DNA from: an uncultured bacterium
GTDB taxonomy: Bacteria; Gemmatimonadota; Gemmatimonadetes; Palauibacterales; Palauibacteraceae
Length of the DNA stretch: 64,000 bases
Assembly (NCBI GenBank): GCA_965370685.1
Contig: CBDUVN010000002.1
Location: 15,065 to 79,064, forward strand
Direction: 5' to 3'
Within the stretch, counting starts at the first letter, position 1; each line of letters starts with the position of its first letter. Shown here piece by piece: positions 1 through 10,775 of the stretch. The translations under genes were made by a program, and so were the position numbers. The notes under the pieces were generated by a model. The model saw only the letters and a program-made list of their open reading frames with translations, ran no database searches and was not told the DNA's origin.

Positions 1-72
1 CTCGCATCGGGCGACCTGGAATTTCGACTCGTCCGACGCCCGCATCCGGACGGCGGTTGATCAGAGCCGCCG

Positions 73-1284
73 ATGCGACCGTTCGACGGACGCCGGATCC
101 TGCTGGTGGTCTCGGGTGGGATCGCAGCCTATAAGAGCGTGATCCTGCTTCGGGCGCTCCGGGCAGCGGGCTCCGACGTTGAGGTCCTGATGACGAGCGC
201 GGCTGAGCGTTTCGTCGGCCCGGTCACGTTCGAGGCGCTCGCAGGGCGCCCTGTTCACACCGACCTGTGGACGAATCCGCTTTCCCACATCCAGCTCGGG
301 CGGAATTGCGACCTCGTGATCGTTGCTCCCGCCACGGCGGACCTGCTGTCCGCGATGGCTCACGGCCGAGCGGACGACCTTGCCACGGCCACTCTGCTGG
401 CAGCCGACTGCCCGGTGCTTGCATGTCCTGCGATGAACGTCCGGATGTGGGGCAACCCGGCGACCCGAAGGAACGTGAGCCTGTTGACCGATGACGGAAT
501 CCGGTTTGTCGGTCCGGCGCATGGCGAGCTCGCCGAGGGGGAGACGGGGGTCGGTCGGATGGCCGAGCCCGAGGAGATCATGGTCGAGGCGGGCCGAATG
601 CTCGAGACGGATTCGGAGCTTGCCGGCAGGAAAGTCGTTGTTACGGCGGGTCCGACGCAGGAGCCGGTCGATCCCGTCCGCTTCATCGGCAACCGGTCGT
701 CGGGACGGATGGGATTCGAGCTCGCGGCATCGGCCTGGCGTCGTGGCGCGGATGTCGTGTGCATTCACGGGCCCGTATCCGTGTCCCCGCCGTTCGGTCC
801 GCGGGTCGTAGAGGTGGAAGACGCTGTGTCGATGCTGGAAGCGTTACGCGTCGAACTCGAGGGTGCCTCGGTGCTGTGCATGGCAGCGGCCGTGTCGGAT
901 TTCCATGTCGACCAGCCGGCGGACCAGAAGATCAAGAAGGATATGCTGCGCGGTGGATCGTTCACGCTCCACCTCTCGGCGGGTCCCGATCTGCTGGTCG
1001 AGACGAAAGAGCAGCGGGCAGCCGCGGGAGTATTCACACTGGGTTTTGCGCTCGAGACGACCGACGGGCTGTCCAACGCCACCGCGAAGCTCGAATCGAA
1101 GAATATGGATCTCGTCGCGCTCAACCAGGCCGGGGCACAGGATGCCGGCTTCGAAGTCGAGACGAATCGCATCACGCTGATAGAACCTTCGGGATCCATC
1201 GAGGAGCTTCCCCTGCTGTCGAAGCGTGAAGCGGCCGACCGGCTGCTGGATCGGATCGAGGACCGCCTGCGGGACGGGGACTGA
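73..1284 (+). CDS. coaBC: bifunctional phosphopantothenoylcysteine decarboxylase / phosphopantothenate-cysteine ligase (CoaBC/Dfp)
   Basis: 403-aa ORF. N-terminal flavoprotein domain (LLVVSGGIAAYK...PAMN) and C-terminal CoaB ligase domain. ATG at 73, stop TGA 1282-1284. Confidence 0.9.
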   Translation: MRPFDGRRILLVVSGGIAAYKSVILLRALRAAGSDVEVLMTSAAERFVGPVTFEALAGRPVHTDLWTNPLSHIQLGRNCDLVIVAPATADLLSAMAHGRADDLATATLLAADCPVLACPAMNVRMWGNPATRRNVSLLTDDGIRFVGPAHGELAEGETGVGRMAEPEEIMVEAGRMLETDSELAGRKVVVTAGPTQEPVDPVRFIGNRSSGRMGFELAASAWRRGADVVCIHGPVSVSPPFGPRVVEVEDAVSMLEALRVELEGASVLCMAAAVSDFHVDQPADQKIKKDMLRGGSFTLHLSAGPDLLVETKEQRAAAGVFTLGFALETTDGLSNATAKLESKNMDLVALNQAGAQDAGFEVETNRITLIEPSGSIEELPLLSKREAADRLLDRIEDRLRDGD

Positions 1285-1293
1285 GTAGCGCCC

Positions 1294-2184
1294 GTGTCGG
1301 ATCGTTCACGGCTGCTCGTCGACCACCTGCGGCTCCGCCGTGACCTGGGCGAGAAGGAATTGTTCGTCGAGCCGGGAGAGCGCAAGGCGCTTCTCGCTCG
1401 GGCGGCCCGCCTGGCCGTTTCGGAGCGCTCGGGCGGGGAAGCTCCGAGCCCGGCGCCGACGAGACCGGAAGCAGACCGCGGCAAACCGGGTGCGGTGGGG
1501 ACGGGCGGTGGAACCGGAATCCCGGCCGGTGCTCCACTGGATGCCGGACTCGAACGGCTGGCGCGGGAGGGCAGCACGGCGGAAATCCTCGAGATCCCGG
1601 ATCTTGCACGTCTCCGAGCTGTGGCTGACGCCTGCCAGAGATGTCAGCTGCACGAGACCCGGAACCGGCCCGTGTTTGCGGATGGCACACCGGAAGCTCG
1701 CGTAATGTGCGTCGGAGAAGCTCCGGGCCAGCGAGAGGACGAGACCGGCCTGCCGTTCGTGGGGCGGGCGGGCCAGCTGCTCGATCGCCTGTTGACGGCC
1801 GTCGGTCTGGGGCGGGATCGCGTGTTCATCTGCAACGTCCTGAAATGCCGACCACCTGGAAACCGGAACCCGCTGCCGGAGGAGATCGAGCAGTGCTCGC
1901 CGTTCCTTCTCCGGCAGCTCGCGCTGGTCGATCCCGCGGTCGTCATTGCGTTCGGTACGTTTGCGGCGCGCACGCTGCTGGGCTCACGAGAATCACTCGG
2001 CCGGCTGCGGCAGCGGACACACCTGTACGAGGGCCGCCCGCTCGTAGTCACGTATCATCCCGCTGCACTGTTACGGAACCCGGGGTGGATTCGGCCGACA
2101 TGGGAAGATCTGCAGCGGGTTCGATCGATCCTGGACGGCGACGGGCAGAAAGAGATCACGGAAAACCCGGAGGGCTCGCGATGA
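1294..2184 (+). CDS. uracil-DNA glycosylase, family 4 (UdgA/phage-SPO1-type), with about 100-aa N-terminal extension
   Basis: GTG start. Motifs CVGEAPGQREDETGLPFVGRAGQLL and YHPAALLRNP typical of family-4 UDG. The N-terminal 100 aa has no recognisable family. Confidence 0.8.
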   Translation: MSDRSRLLVDHLRLRRDLGEKELFVEPGERKALLARAARLAVSERSGGEAPSPAPTRPEADRGKPGAVGTGGGTGIPAGAPLDAGLERLAREGSTAEILEIPDLARLRAVADACQRCQLHETRNRPVFADGTPEARVMCVGEAPGQREDETGLPFVGRAGQLLDRLLTAVGLGRDRVFICNVLKCRPPGNRNPLPEEIEQCSPFLLRQLALVDPAVVIAFGTFAARTLLGSRESLGRLRQRTHLYEGRPLVVTYHPAALLRNPGWIRPTWEDLQRVRSILDGDGQKEITENPEGSR

Positions 2185-2199
2185 GCCCGGGACGGCAAC

Positions 2200-3600
2200 A
2201 TGGCTGAAGCAGGAACCTCATTGGTCGCTGAGCGCGGAAGTCCTGGCTCCCGGCAGCCCCCGTGGTCGGAAGAGGCCGAAATCTCCGTGCTGTCGGCGAT
2301 GCTGATCGACGGAGATGCGGTGGCGCGCGCTGTCGAGATGGTCGACGACTCGTCGTTCTACCGCGAAGGAAATCGCCGCGTGTTCCGAGCGATGCTCCGC
2401 CTCTATTCGCGTGGCGAGGTGATCGACGTGGTCACCCTGTCCGACGAGCTCAAGAGTGCGGGCGAGCTGGAGGGTGCGGGTGGAATGTCCTACCTGGCGC
2501 GCCTGGTGGACGCCGTCCCGACGGCGGCGAACATCGAGTACCACTGCCGGATCCTTAAGGACAAGTCGGTTCTCCGAAAGTTGATCGATGCGTCCACCGA
2601 CATCATCCAGGACGCATACGGTGCGCCCGCCGGTGAGGTCGACGAAACACTGGATCGGGCGGAGCAACGGATCTTCCAGATCGCGCAGTCGGCCGAGCGT
2701 CAGGGCTTCGTGTGGATCAAGGAGATCCTGTGGCCGACGTTCGAGCGGATCGAGGAGCTGCAGCGCAGTCCGGGCTCCGTCACCGGCATTGCGGCCGGGT
2801 TTCCCGACCTCGACAACATGACGGCGGGATTCCAGCCTGGAGACCTCGTGGTGGTGGCCGGTCGGCCTTCGATGGGGAAAACGGCCCTGGCCCTGAATTT
2901 CGCTCAGCACGCGGCGATCGATCAGGACGTTTCGGTAGCGATTTTCTCGCTCGAGATGTCGAAGGAAGCGCTTGTGCAGCGTCTCCTGTGCGCCGAGGGA
3001 CGGGTGGACTCCGGCCGGCTGCGTCGCGGCCGCCTGCAGGACGACGAGTACGCCCGGTTGGCGACGGCGGCAGGGCACCTGAACACGGCGCCGATCTGGA
3101 TCGACGATTCACCGGCCATCACGGCGCTCGAGGTGAGGGCGAAGGCGCGACGGCTCGCGGCCGAGACCAACCTCGGAATGCTCGTGGTCGACTATCTGCA
3201 ACTGATGACCGGCCCGAGAAACGTCGAAAATCGACAGCAGGAGATCAGCGCCATCTCCCGATCCTTGAAGGCGGTGGCAAAGGAGCTGAACATCCCGGTG
3301 ATCGCTCTCTCCCAGTTGTCCCGGGGACCCGAACAGCGCACGGACAAACGGCCGCTGCTCGCAGACCTGCGGGAATCCGGAGCGATCGAGCAGGATGCGG
3401 ACGTGGTCATGTTCGTGTATCGGGAGGAGGCGTATCGCAAGGATGGCGACATGCTCGACGAGAAGGGCGAGTCGCTCGAGGGCCGCGCGGAATTGATCAT
3501 CGGCAAGCAGCGGAACGGCCCGACGGGCACGATCCAGCTCTACTTCCACAAGTCGTATACGCTGTTCGAGTCGCTGGCGCCAAGGGAGGCGGGGAGCTGA
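2200..3600 (+). CDS. dnaB: replicative DNA helicase DnaB
   Basis: 466 aa. N-terminal DnaB domain (EAEISVLSAMLID), Walker A GRPSMGKTALAL, and a C-terminal RecA-like fold. Confidence 0.93.
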   Translation: MAEAGTSLVAERGSPGSRQPPWSEEAEISVLSAMLIDGDAVARAVEMVDDSSFYREGNRRVFRAMLRLYSRGEVIDVVTLSDELKSAGELEGAGGMSYLARLVDAVPTAANIEYHCRILKDKSVLRKLIDASTDIIQDAYGAPAGEVDETLDRAEQRIFQIAQSAERQGFVWIKEILWPTFERIEELQRSPGSVTGIAAGFPDLDNMTAGFQPGDLVVVAGRPSMGKTALALNFAQHAAIDQDVSVAIFSLEMSKEALVQRLLCAEGRVDSGRLRRGRLQDDEYARLATAAGHLNTAPIWIDDSPAITALEVRAKARRLAAETNLGMLVVDYLQLMTGPRNVENRQQEISAISRSLKAVAKELNIPVIALSQLSRGPEQRTDKRPLLADLRESGAIEQDADVVMFVYREEAYRKDGDMLDEKGESLEGRAELIIGKQRNGPTGTIQLYFHKSYTLFESLAPREAGS

Positions 3601-4976
3601 AGGCGCGCACTGTCTTCTTCTGTCGTGAGTGCGGCGGCGAGTCACTGCGCTGGGAGGGCCGCTGTCCGGCGTGCGGATCCTGGAATTCCCTTGTAGAAGC
3701 ACCAGTATCCTCCGGCAAAGACCGCGGCCGGGGGCGGGCCCACGCAGGCTCGACGGCCGCGGCCCGGCCCGAAGTTTCGAGCCTCGGAGATGGAAGCGCC
3801 GCGGCTGGCATTCCTGCTCGACGGGCTCTCGATTTCGGTGACATCGACCGGGTTCTCGGTGGAGGACTCGTTCCGGGCTCCATTCTCCTGCTCGGAGGGG
3901 CGCCGGGAATCGGGAAGTCCACTCTGCTGCTGCAAGCTGCGGGGCGCGCACATGCGGCCGGTGCGCACGTCCTGTATGTGTCGGGTGAAGAGTCGAAACA
4001 GCAGGTCGAACTGCGCGCCGAGCGCCTGGGTGCGGAGTCTGCCGGAGTCCGTTTCCTGTCGACCGATCGGTTGGAAGAGATCCTCGCCGCCGCCGAGGCG
4101 GAAAAGCCGGAGCTTTTGTGCATCGACTCCATTCAGACCGTGTTGAGTGATGACGTGACCTCTGCGCCGGGAACGGTCACGCAGGTGCGGGCCTGTTCCG
4201 CGTCCCTGCGGTCGTTTGCGAAGACGACGGGGGCGGCGACGGTGCTGGTCGGCCACGTAACGAAGGACGGCTCTCTCGCGGGCCCCCGAGCGCTCGAGCA
4301 CCTGGTGGATGTGGTCCTGCATTTCGAGGGGCAGCGCTCGGGCGAGTATCGGATCCTGCGCGGCAGCAAGAACAGGTTCGGCAGTGTGGACGAACTCGCG
4401 GTATTCCGGATGACCGAGAGCGGCCTCGAGCCAGTCGCGGATCCGACCTCGCTGTTCCTCGAAGATCGGCCGGAGAGTGTAAGCGGTTCCGCGATCGCGG
4501 TTCCGTTGCACGGTACCCGTCCGCTTCCCGCGGAGATTCAGGCACTCACGGTTCGTTCCCGGTATGCATCACCGCAGCGGATCACCACAGGGTTTCCTCC
4601 CCGTCGCCTCAACATCATCCTGGCGGTCCTGGGGCGGAGAGCCGGCCTGGATCTCGGTGACAGCGACGTGTTCCTCAGCGTGATCGGTGGCCTCCGGCTG
4701 ACGGATCCGGCAGCCGATCTGGCTGTAGCGGCAGCGCTCGCGTCCGCCAGCCTCGATCGTCCGCTGCCTGCAGGGATGGCGTTTGCGGCCGAGCTCGGGC
4801 TCGGCGGTGAGCTTCGCGCCGTTTCCCATGCGGAGGCGCGAGTGACCGCGGCAGCGCGAGCCGGGTTGAAGACCGTCGTGCTCTCCGGGAGTCTCAAGGG
4901 CTCCGTGGGGCGCCACCCTGGCGCCCGGTTCGCCGACACCGTGTCCGAGGCCCTGCGTCTGGTGGAGGAGCCATGA
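3597..4976 (+). CDS. radA: DNA repair protein RadA/Sms. Start codon uncertain: no in-frame ATG/GTG/TTG, CTG at 3597 is the best candidate.
   Basis: N-terminal zinc finger FFCRECGG...CPACGSWN. Walker A GGAPGIGKSTLLLQ and KNRFG motif. Lon-protease-like C-terminal domain. 5' end overlaps the dnaB stop (gagCTGAag). Confidence 0.82.
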   Translation: MKARTVFFCRECGGESLRWEGRCPACGSWNSLVEAPVSSGKDRGRGRAHAGSTAAARPEVSSLGDGSAAAGIPARRALDFGDIDRVLGGGLVPGSILLLGGAPGIGKSTLLLQAAGRAHAAGAHVLYVSGEESKQQVELRAERLGAESAGVRFLSTDRLEEILAAAEAEKPELLCIDSIQTVLSDDVTSAPGTVTQVRACSASLRSFAKTTGAATVLVGHVTKDGSLAGPRALEHLVDVVLHFEGQRSGEYRILRGSKNRFGSVDELAVFRMTESGLEPVADPTSLFLEDRPESVSGSAIAVPLHGTRPLPAEIQALTVRSRYASPQRITTGFPPRRLNIILAVLGRRAGLDLGDSDVFLSVIGGLRLTDPAADLAVAAALASASLDRPLPAGMAFAAELGLGGELRAVSHAEARVTAAARAGLKTVVLSGSLKGSVGRHPGARFADTVSEALRLVEEP

Positions 4977-5683
4977 GCGCTGGCGCCATCATTGTCGCGG
5001 CCGGGTCGGGTCGCCGCCTCGGGGGGGAGCACAAGCAGTTCCGGGCGTTGGGCCCCGCGCCGCTTCTCGCATGGAGCTGTCACGCATTGTCGCGGCACCC
5101 GGATATCTCCGAGCTCGTGGTTGTGGTGCCGGCGCAGTTCGCGGTGGCTCCGCCCGACTGGCTCAAGGGGGTGTGCGACGTCGTAGTGGCTGGGGGGCCC
5201 ACGCGGAGGGACTCCGTCGGCCTGGGAATCGCGGCTCTGTCGGCCGGGCACGAGACGGTGCTCGTCCATGACGGCGCTCGCCCCTTTCCGTCGGCGAAGC
5301 TGATCGGCCGGGTGGCGGAAGTCTGCCGAGACGGTCCGACGATCCCCGGCTTGCCTCTCACCGATACCGTGAAGCTGGTGGGGGAGGGAGGAAGAGTCCT
5401 CTCCACGCTGGATCGAGACCGGCTGCGTGCCGCGCAGACTCCTCAGGGGTTTCCGCTCGCCCTGCTTCGGGAGCTCCACGAGCGGGCCGCCCGTGACGAT
5501 ACAGAGGCGACGGACGATGCCTGCCTCGCGGAAGCGGCCGGAATTCCGGTGCGCGTCATCGATGGCGAACCCCTGAATCTGAAGGTCACGACCCGCGCGG
5601 ACCTGGCGCTGGCCGAGTGGCTTGTGCGAAGCGGCGAGCCCGAAGCCGCGGGCATCGAAGTGCCCGGAGTCGAGACGAGCTGA
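4973..5683 (+). CDS. ispD: 2-C-methyl-D-erythritol 4-phosphate cytidylyltransferase IspD
   Basis: 236 aa. AIIVAAGSGRRLG N-terminus typical of IspD. ATGA overlap with the radA stop. Confidence 0.88.
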   Translation: MSAGAIIVAAGSGRRLGGEHKQFRALGPAPLLAWSCHALSRHPDISELVVVVPAQFAVAPPDWLKGVCDVVVAGGPTRRDSVGLGIAALSAGHETVLVHDGARPFPSAKLIGRVAEVCRDGPTIPGLPLTDTVKLVGEGGRVLSTLDRDRLRAAQTPQGFPLALLRELHERAARDDTEATDDACLAEAAGIPVRVIDGEPLNLKVTTRADLALAEWLVRSGEPEAAGIEVPGVETS

Positions 5684-5687
5684 CGGG

Positions 5688-6323
5688 ATGGCGCGGTTCG
5701 TCGAGCTCGATTCCACGGCGGTCACGGATGAATGGGTGGAACGCGTTTGCGCGGGCCTCGGGTCGGGTGCACTTCTGGCTCACCCCACGGCGTCGGTGTA
5801 CGGACTCGGAGGGGGAGATCCGACAGCCGACTCGATCGTTTCCCGGTTGAAGGGGCGGGCCGCCGCCGCTCCGATCCTCCGCCTCGTGTTCGATGCCGGC
5901 AAGCTCAGACGCCTGTTTCCCACAATCGTGTGGCCGGAAGTCGCAGATATCCTCGCGGAGTCATTCTGGCCGGGCCCGCTGACCCTGGTGCTGGACGACG
6001 GATCGGAATCCGGTCTGGCGGTTCGCGCAGAGTCTCATCCGGTCACTCGAGCGGTTCTCGAACGCTGGGACGGTGCTCTCGGCTCGACGAGTCTGAATCC
6101 GAGCGGGGCGGCTCCGGCCCGCACACTCGAGGAGGCACGCGGGATCCTTCGCGCGATGGTTGATCCGGGCAGGTCCCTGTTGCTGGTCGCGGCGGGAGAC
6201 CTGGCGGGTCCGCCGCCGTCCACGCTCCTTTCCCTCCGGGGCGGGGAGCTCCGCCTGTTGCGGGAAGGTGCAGTCGAGAGATCAGTGCTCGAGCAGGTCC
6301 TCGGGCGCTCGTTCGACGGATGA
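5688..6323 (+). CDS. tsaC: L-threonylcarbamoyladenylate synthase, YrdC/TsaC domain protein
   Basis: YrdC-like motifs (HPTASVYGLGG, KGRAAAAPILRLV). Start taken at ATG 5688 just after the ispD stop. The ORF-track start at 5622 overlaps ispD. Confidence 0.65.
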   Translation: MARFVELDSTAVTDEWVERVCAGLGSGALLAHPTASVYGLGGGDPTADSIVSRLKGRAAAAPILRLVFDAGKLRRLFPTIVWPEVADILAESFWPGPLTLVLDDGSESGLAVRAESHPVTRAVLERWDGALGSTSLNPSGAAPARTLEEARGILRAMVDPGRSLLLVAAGDLAGPPPSTLLSLRGGELRLLREGAVERSVLEQVLGRSFDG

Positions 6324-6336
6324 AAGGAGGCGCCGG

Positions 6337-6840
6337 GTGACGAAGCGGAGTCTGCTGTTCGTGTGCACGGGGAATACGTGCCGCAGCCCGATGGCGGAGA
6401 TGCAGGCGAAACAGCAGGTGGAGTCCGCGGGGTATGCCGGACTCGGTGTTACCTCGGCGGGCACGGCGGCGCAGGACGGATCCAAGGCCTCCGACCTGGC
6501 GCTTCGCGTGGCCGCGAATCGGGGTCTCGACCTGTCGGATCACCGTGCCCGCGCACTCACGCCGGAGCGGATCGGGAGCGCTGATCTCGTCATCACGATG
6601 ACGAGGCTTCATTCGGACGCGGTCGCTCATCTCGCTCCGGGCGCTCCGGTCATTCTCGCCACGGAGTTTCTGCCGGCCGGCCATCCGCTGCACGGGCTCG
6701 ATGTTCCGGACCCTTTCGGCTCCGGTGTCGAAGCGTACGAAGCGACGTGGGAGGTCCTGGAAGAGTGTGTTGACGCTCTGTTCGATGAGCTGGGCGGTGG
6801 GCCGGATGAGCGATCGACCTCCGGGACGCAGGACACGTGA
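6337..6840 (+). CDS. low-molecular-weight protein tyrosine phosphatase
   Basis: P-loop CTGNTCRS (CX5R) and a DP loop (VPDPFGSG). Strong SD AAGGAGG 7 nt upstream of GTG 6337. Confidence 0.8.
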   Translation: MTKRSLLFVCTGNTCRSPMAEMQAKQQVESAGYAGLGVTSAGTAAQDGSKASDLALRVAANRGLDLSDHRARALTPERIGSADLVITMTRLHSDAVAHLAPGAPVILATEFLPAGHPLHGLDVPDPFGSGVEAYEATWEVLEECVDALFDELGGGPDERSTSGTQDT

Positions 6841-7670
6841 AGATCTTCGGTCTCGTCGGTGATCCTGTCGGGCACTCACTGTCGCCGGTCATGCATGAGG
6901 CTGCATTCCATGAACTCGGACTGGATGCGGAATACAGGCTGGTCCGGGTGCCTGCGGATCGGCCAGGGGATGTCCGACCCGCGATCGGGGATCTCGCATC
7001 ATCCGGCGGCGGCAACGTTACGGTGCCGCACAAGCAGACCGCGGCCGGCGTGCTCGATATCGCGTCGGAGGACGTCCTGCTGACCGGCGCGTGCAACTGC
7101 TTCTGGTCCGATGGAGTCGGTCGGCTGCACGGAGACAATACGGACGTGGGCGGGATCCTCGCCGTGCTGCAGTCAACACCGGGTCTCGATCCGGTCGGCG
7201 CCTCGGTCCTGGTCCTGGGGGCGGGCGGCGCGGCGCGCGCGGCTGTCGTCGCGTCGAGTCGTGCGGGAGCCGTCGGCATCTCCGTGCTCAACCGGAGTCC
7301 GAATCCAGTTGCTGCTCTCGTCGAGCAGCTGGCCACTGTGTGTCGGGCACCGATCTCGATCGCGCCGAATCCGATCGACCCGGGAAGCTACGACCTCGTG
7401 ATCCAGGCGACCCGGCTCGGCCTGAACCCGGGGGATCCGCTCCCGCTCGAGATCGGAGATGCCCCGCCGGAATTCGCGTTCGATCTCGTGTACGCTCAGG
7501 GCGAGACCCGGTGGACGAAGCATGCGCGAGAGCGTGGTGCTCAGGCCCGCGACGGCCTCGCAGTGCTGCTCGAACAGGGTGTGCTGTCGCTCGAACGCTG
7601 GCTTGCCAGACCAATGCCGCTTGCCGTGCGGAATGCGATGTGGAAGTCGCTGCAGAACGCCGTCCGATGA
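6837..7670 (+). CDS. aroE: shikimate dehydrogenase AroE
   Basis: SLSPVMH substrate motif and NAD(P)-binding GAGGAARA. GTG start overlapping the preceding stop. Confidence 0.85.
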   Translation: MKIFGLVGDPVGHSLSPVMHEAAFHELGLDAEYRLVRVPADRPGDVRPAIGDLASSGGGNVTVPHKQTAAGVLDIASEDVLLTGACNCFWSDGVGRLHGDNTDVGGILAVLQSTPGLDPVGASVLVLGAGGAARAAVVASSRAGAVGISVLNRSPNPVAALVEQLATVCRAPISIAPNPIDPGSYDLVIQATRLGLNPGDPLPLEIGDAPPEFAFDLVYAQGETRWTKHARERGAQARDGLAVLLEQGVLSLERWLARPMPLAVRNAMWKSLQNAVR

Positions 7671-8434
7671 TCGGAATCCACCCGGCGAGGCTGGCAGCCA
7701 CGGTATTCGATCTTCTGCTACCCCCGGTCTGTGCCGGGTGCGGGGTGACGGTGGAAGCCGGGCGGGCACCGGTATGCGGGGCGTGCGAGGCCCGGCTACC
7801 CCGGATCCCACGCCCCCGGTGTCCGAGGTGTGGTTTCACTCGGCTCCCGGAGCTCGCTTCTCCCGACAGGTGCGGCGAATGCGAGCCGTGGCCCGAGCAG
7901 TTGCGACGGACCGAGTCCGCGTTTCTGCACGAGCCGCCGGCCGAGTCCCTGGTACACGGGCTGAAATACAGGGGCTGGACGTCGCTCGCTTCCTGGATGG
8001 GGGGACACATGGCGCCGGCTGCGCGGCGCCTGGCTGAGGGCCCGGCGCTGCTGGTACCCGTTCCTCTCGCCCCGCCCCGCCTGCGGGAGCGCGGATACAA
8101 CCAGGCAGGGCTCCTCGCTGAAGCACTCGCTCGAGAGCTCGGCTGGCCGTGCAGGGCAGCGCTGAATCGCGGAAAGCAGGGCCGCCGACAGGTACGATCG
8201 GGCCGAGTGGATCGAGCGTTGAACGTGCAGGACGCATTTCGTGTCGACCCGTCGTTCCTCGCGGAGGTCGACACGAAACAACGGTTGGAGGGGATTCCGC
8301 TGGTTCTGGTGGATGACGTGATCACCACCGGCGCCACCGTCTGTGCGTGTGCCGCCGCCCTCGAAGCCGCGGGCCTCGGATGCGCCGGCGCCGTGAGCTT
8401 CGCGCGGACCCCGCCGCGGGTTCCTGGAGTCTGA
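7667..8434 (+). CDS. ComF-family phosphoribosyltransferase-domain protein
   Basis: N-terminal Cys4 zinc ribbon (CAGCG...CGAC, CPRCG...CGEC). C-terminal PRTase motif VLVDDVITTGAT. ATGA overlap with the aroE stop. Confidence 0.7.
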   Translation: MIGIHPARLAATVFDLLLPPVCAGCGVTVEAGRAPVCGACEARLPRIPRPRCPRCGFTRLPELASPDRCGECEPWPEQLRRTESAFLHEPPAESLVHGLKYRGWTSLASWMGGHMAPAARRLAEGPALLVPVPLAPPRLRERGYNQAGLLAEALARELGWPCRAALNRGKQGRRQVRSGRVDRALNVQDAFRVDPSFLAEVDTKQRLEGIPLVLVDDVITTGATVCACAAALEAAGLGCAGAVSFARTPPRVPGV

Positions 8435-8545
8435 TCCCGGGAGGGGGTTGTCCGCGGCTCGTTTCCCTTGCAAGGTACTATTCACCGGTGGCATTCGGGC
8501 CCCGGTCGGCCACGTCAGTCCCCTCAGCATCGAGGAGAAGGAAAT

Positions 8546-9556
<1,011 letters not shown>

Positions 9557-9569
9557 TCCCGGAGCGACG

Positions 9570-10775
9570 ATGCGACCCAAGACTCTGCGGGACCTGGATC
9601 CGGACGAGCTCCGTGGAAAGCGGGTGCTCGTCCGCGTGGACTACAACGTCCCGATGGATGAAGACGGCACGATCCGGGACCCAAACCGGATCGAGGCGAG
9701 CCTTCCGACGCTGAGATATCTGCTCGAGCATGGTGCCAGGCCCGTGCTGATATCGCACCTCGGCCGACCGAAGGGTACGGTCGTGCCTCGCTATTCCCTT
9801 GCCCCTGTCGCCCCGGTGCTCGAGCAACTGCTCGGAGCGCCGGTTCAGTTCGTCGCGGAGACCGATACGGAGGCGGCGGTTGAAGCGACTCGACAGATGG
9901 AGGAGGGAAGCGTTCTTCTGCTTGAGAATACCCGATTTCTTCCAGGGGAAACCCGGAACGATCGGGATCTGTCCGAGCGCCTGGCGCGCCTCGGAGACCT
10001 GTTCGTGAACGATGCGTTCGGCAGTACGCACAGGGAGCACTCGTCGGTCGTCGGAGTCGCGGGGATCCTGAGCCCGGCCGTGGCCGGGTATCTCGTCGAG
10101 TCCGAGCTCGAGGCGTTTGCCGAATTGCGGAATCCGCGCGAGCGTCCGTTCGTCGTCGCGTTCGGAGGCGCAAAAATTTCCGACAAGATCCCACTGATCG
10201 AAGCGTTCCTCGAACGCGCCGATGCTGTGCTCATCGGTGGCGCCATGGCGAATACGTTCATCCGGGCGTCAGGTCTCGGGACGGGGACCTCGCTGGTTGA
10301 GGAAGACGCTCTGGAGGTGGCGGCCGGACTCCTCGGCCGACCCGAGCATCGCCTCAGCCTCCCGACCGATGTCGTGGTGGCGGAAGCGGGAGCCCGGGAT
10401 GCGACTCTGTCGGAGATCGTCCCGATCGATGCCATTCCGGATGATCTGGCGGCGTTCGACATCGGACCGGAGTCGCGGGAGACGTTCGCCCACGCGATCG
10501 GCGAGAGTCGGACCTTTTTCTGGAATGGTCCGATGGGGCTGTTCGAGATCCCGGGATTCGACTCGGGAACGGTTCGAGTGGCCCGGGCGGCCGCGGAGGC
10601 GACGGCCGAGGGGGCGTTCACGGTCGTCGGTGGCGGGGACTCTGCCAGTGCCATCCGGCAGGCGGGTCTTGCCGGGGCTGTGTCTCATGTCTCGACCGGT
10701 GGTGGAGCGGCACTCGAATACCTGGCGCAGGGCTCGCTTCCCGGACTCGACGCACTCGACAGGATAGGACTATGA
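9570..10775 (+). CDS. pgk: phosphoglycerate kinase
   Basis: 401 aa. Motifs RVDYNVP and SHLGRPKG. Confidence 0.95.
   Translation: MRPKTLRDLDPDELRGKRVLVRVDYNVPMDEDGTIRDPNRIEASLPTLRYLLEHGARPVLISHLGRPKGTVVPRYSLAPVAPVLEQLLGAPVQFVAETDTEAAVEATRQMEEGSVLLLENTRFLPGETRNDRDLSERLARLGDLFVNDAFGSTHREHSSVVGVAGILSPAVAGYLVESELEAFAELRNPRERPFVVAFGGAKISDKIPLIEAFLERADAVLIGGAMANTFIRASGLGTGTSLVEEDALEVAAGLLGRPEHRLSLPTDVVVAEAGARDATLSEIVPIDAIPDDLAAFDIGPESRETFAHAIGESRTFFWNGPMGLFEIPGFDSGTVRVARAAAEATAEGAFTVVGGGDSASAIRQAGLAGAVSHVSTGGGAALEYLAQGSLPGLDALDRIGL

Noticed and set aside
2712-3596. N-terminal 295 aa of the 754-aa ORF that contains radA.
   Set aside because: It overlaps dnaB out of frame and translates to low-complexity Arg/Gly-rich sequence. 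RadA homology begins only at about 3597.
7091-7666. N-terminal part of the 447-aa ORF that contains the comF-like gene.
   Set aside because: It overlaps aroE in another frame with low-complexity translation. The ComF zinc-ribbon N-terminus begins at the ATG overlapping the aroE stop.
8435-8545. TTGCAA-containing stretch upstream of gap as a promoter.
   Set aside because: No convincing -10 element at 16-18 nt spacing. The call is too weak to report.
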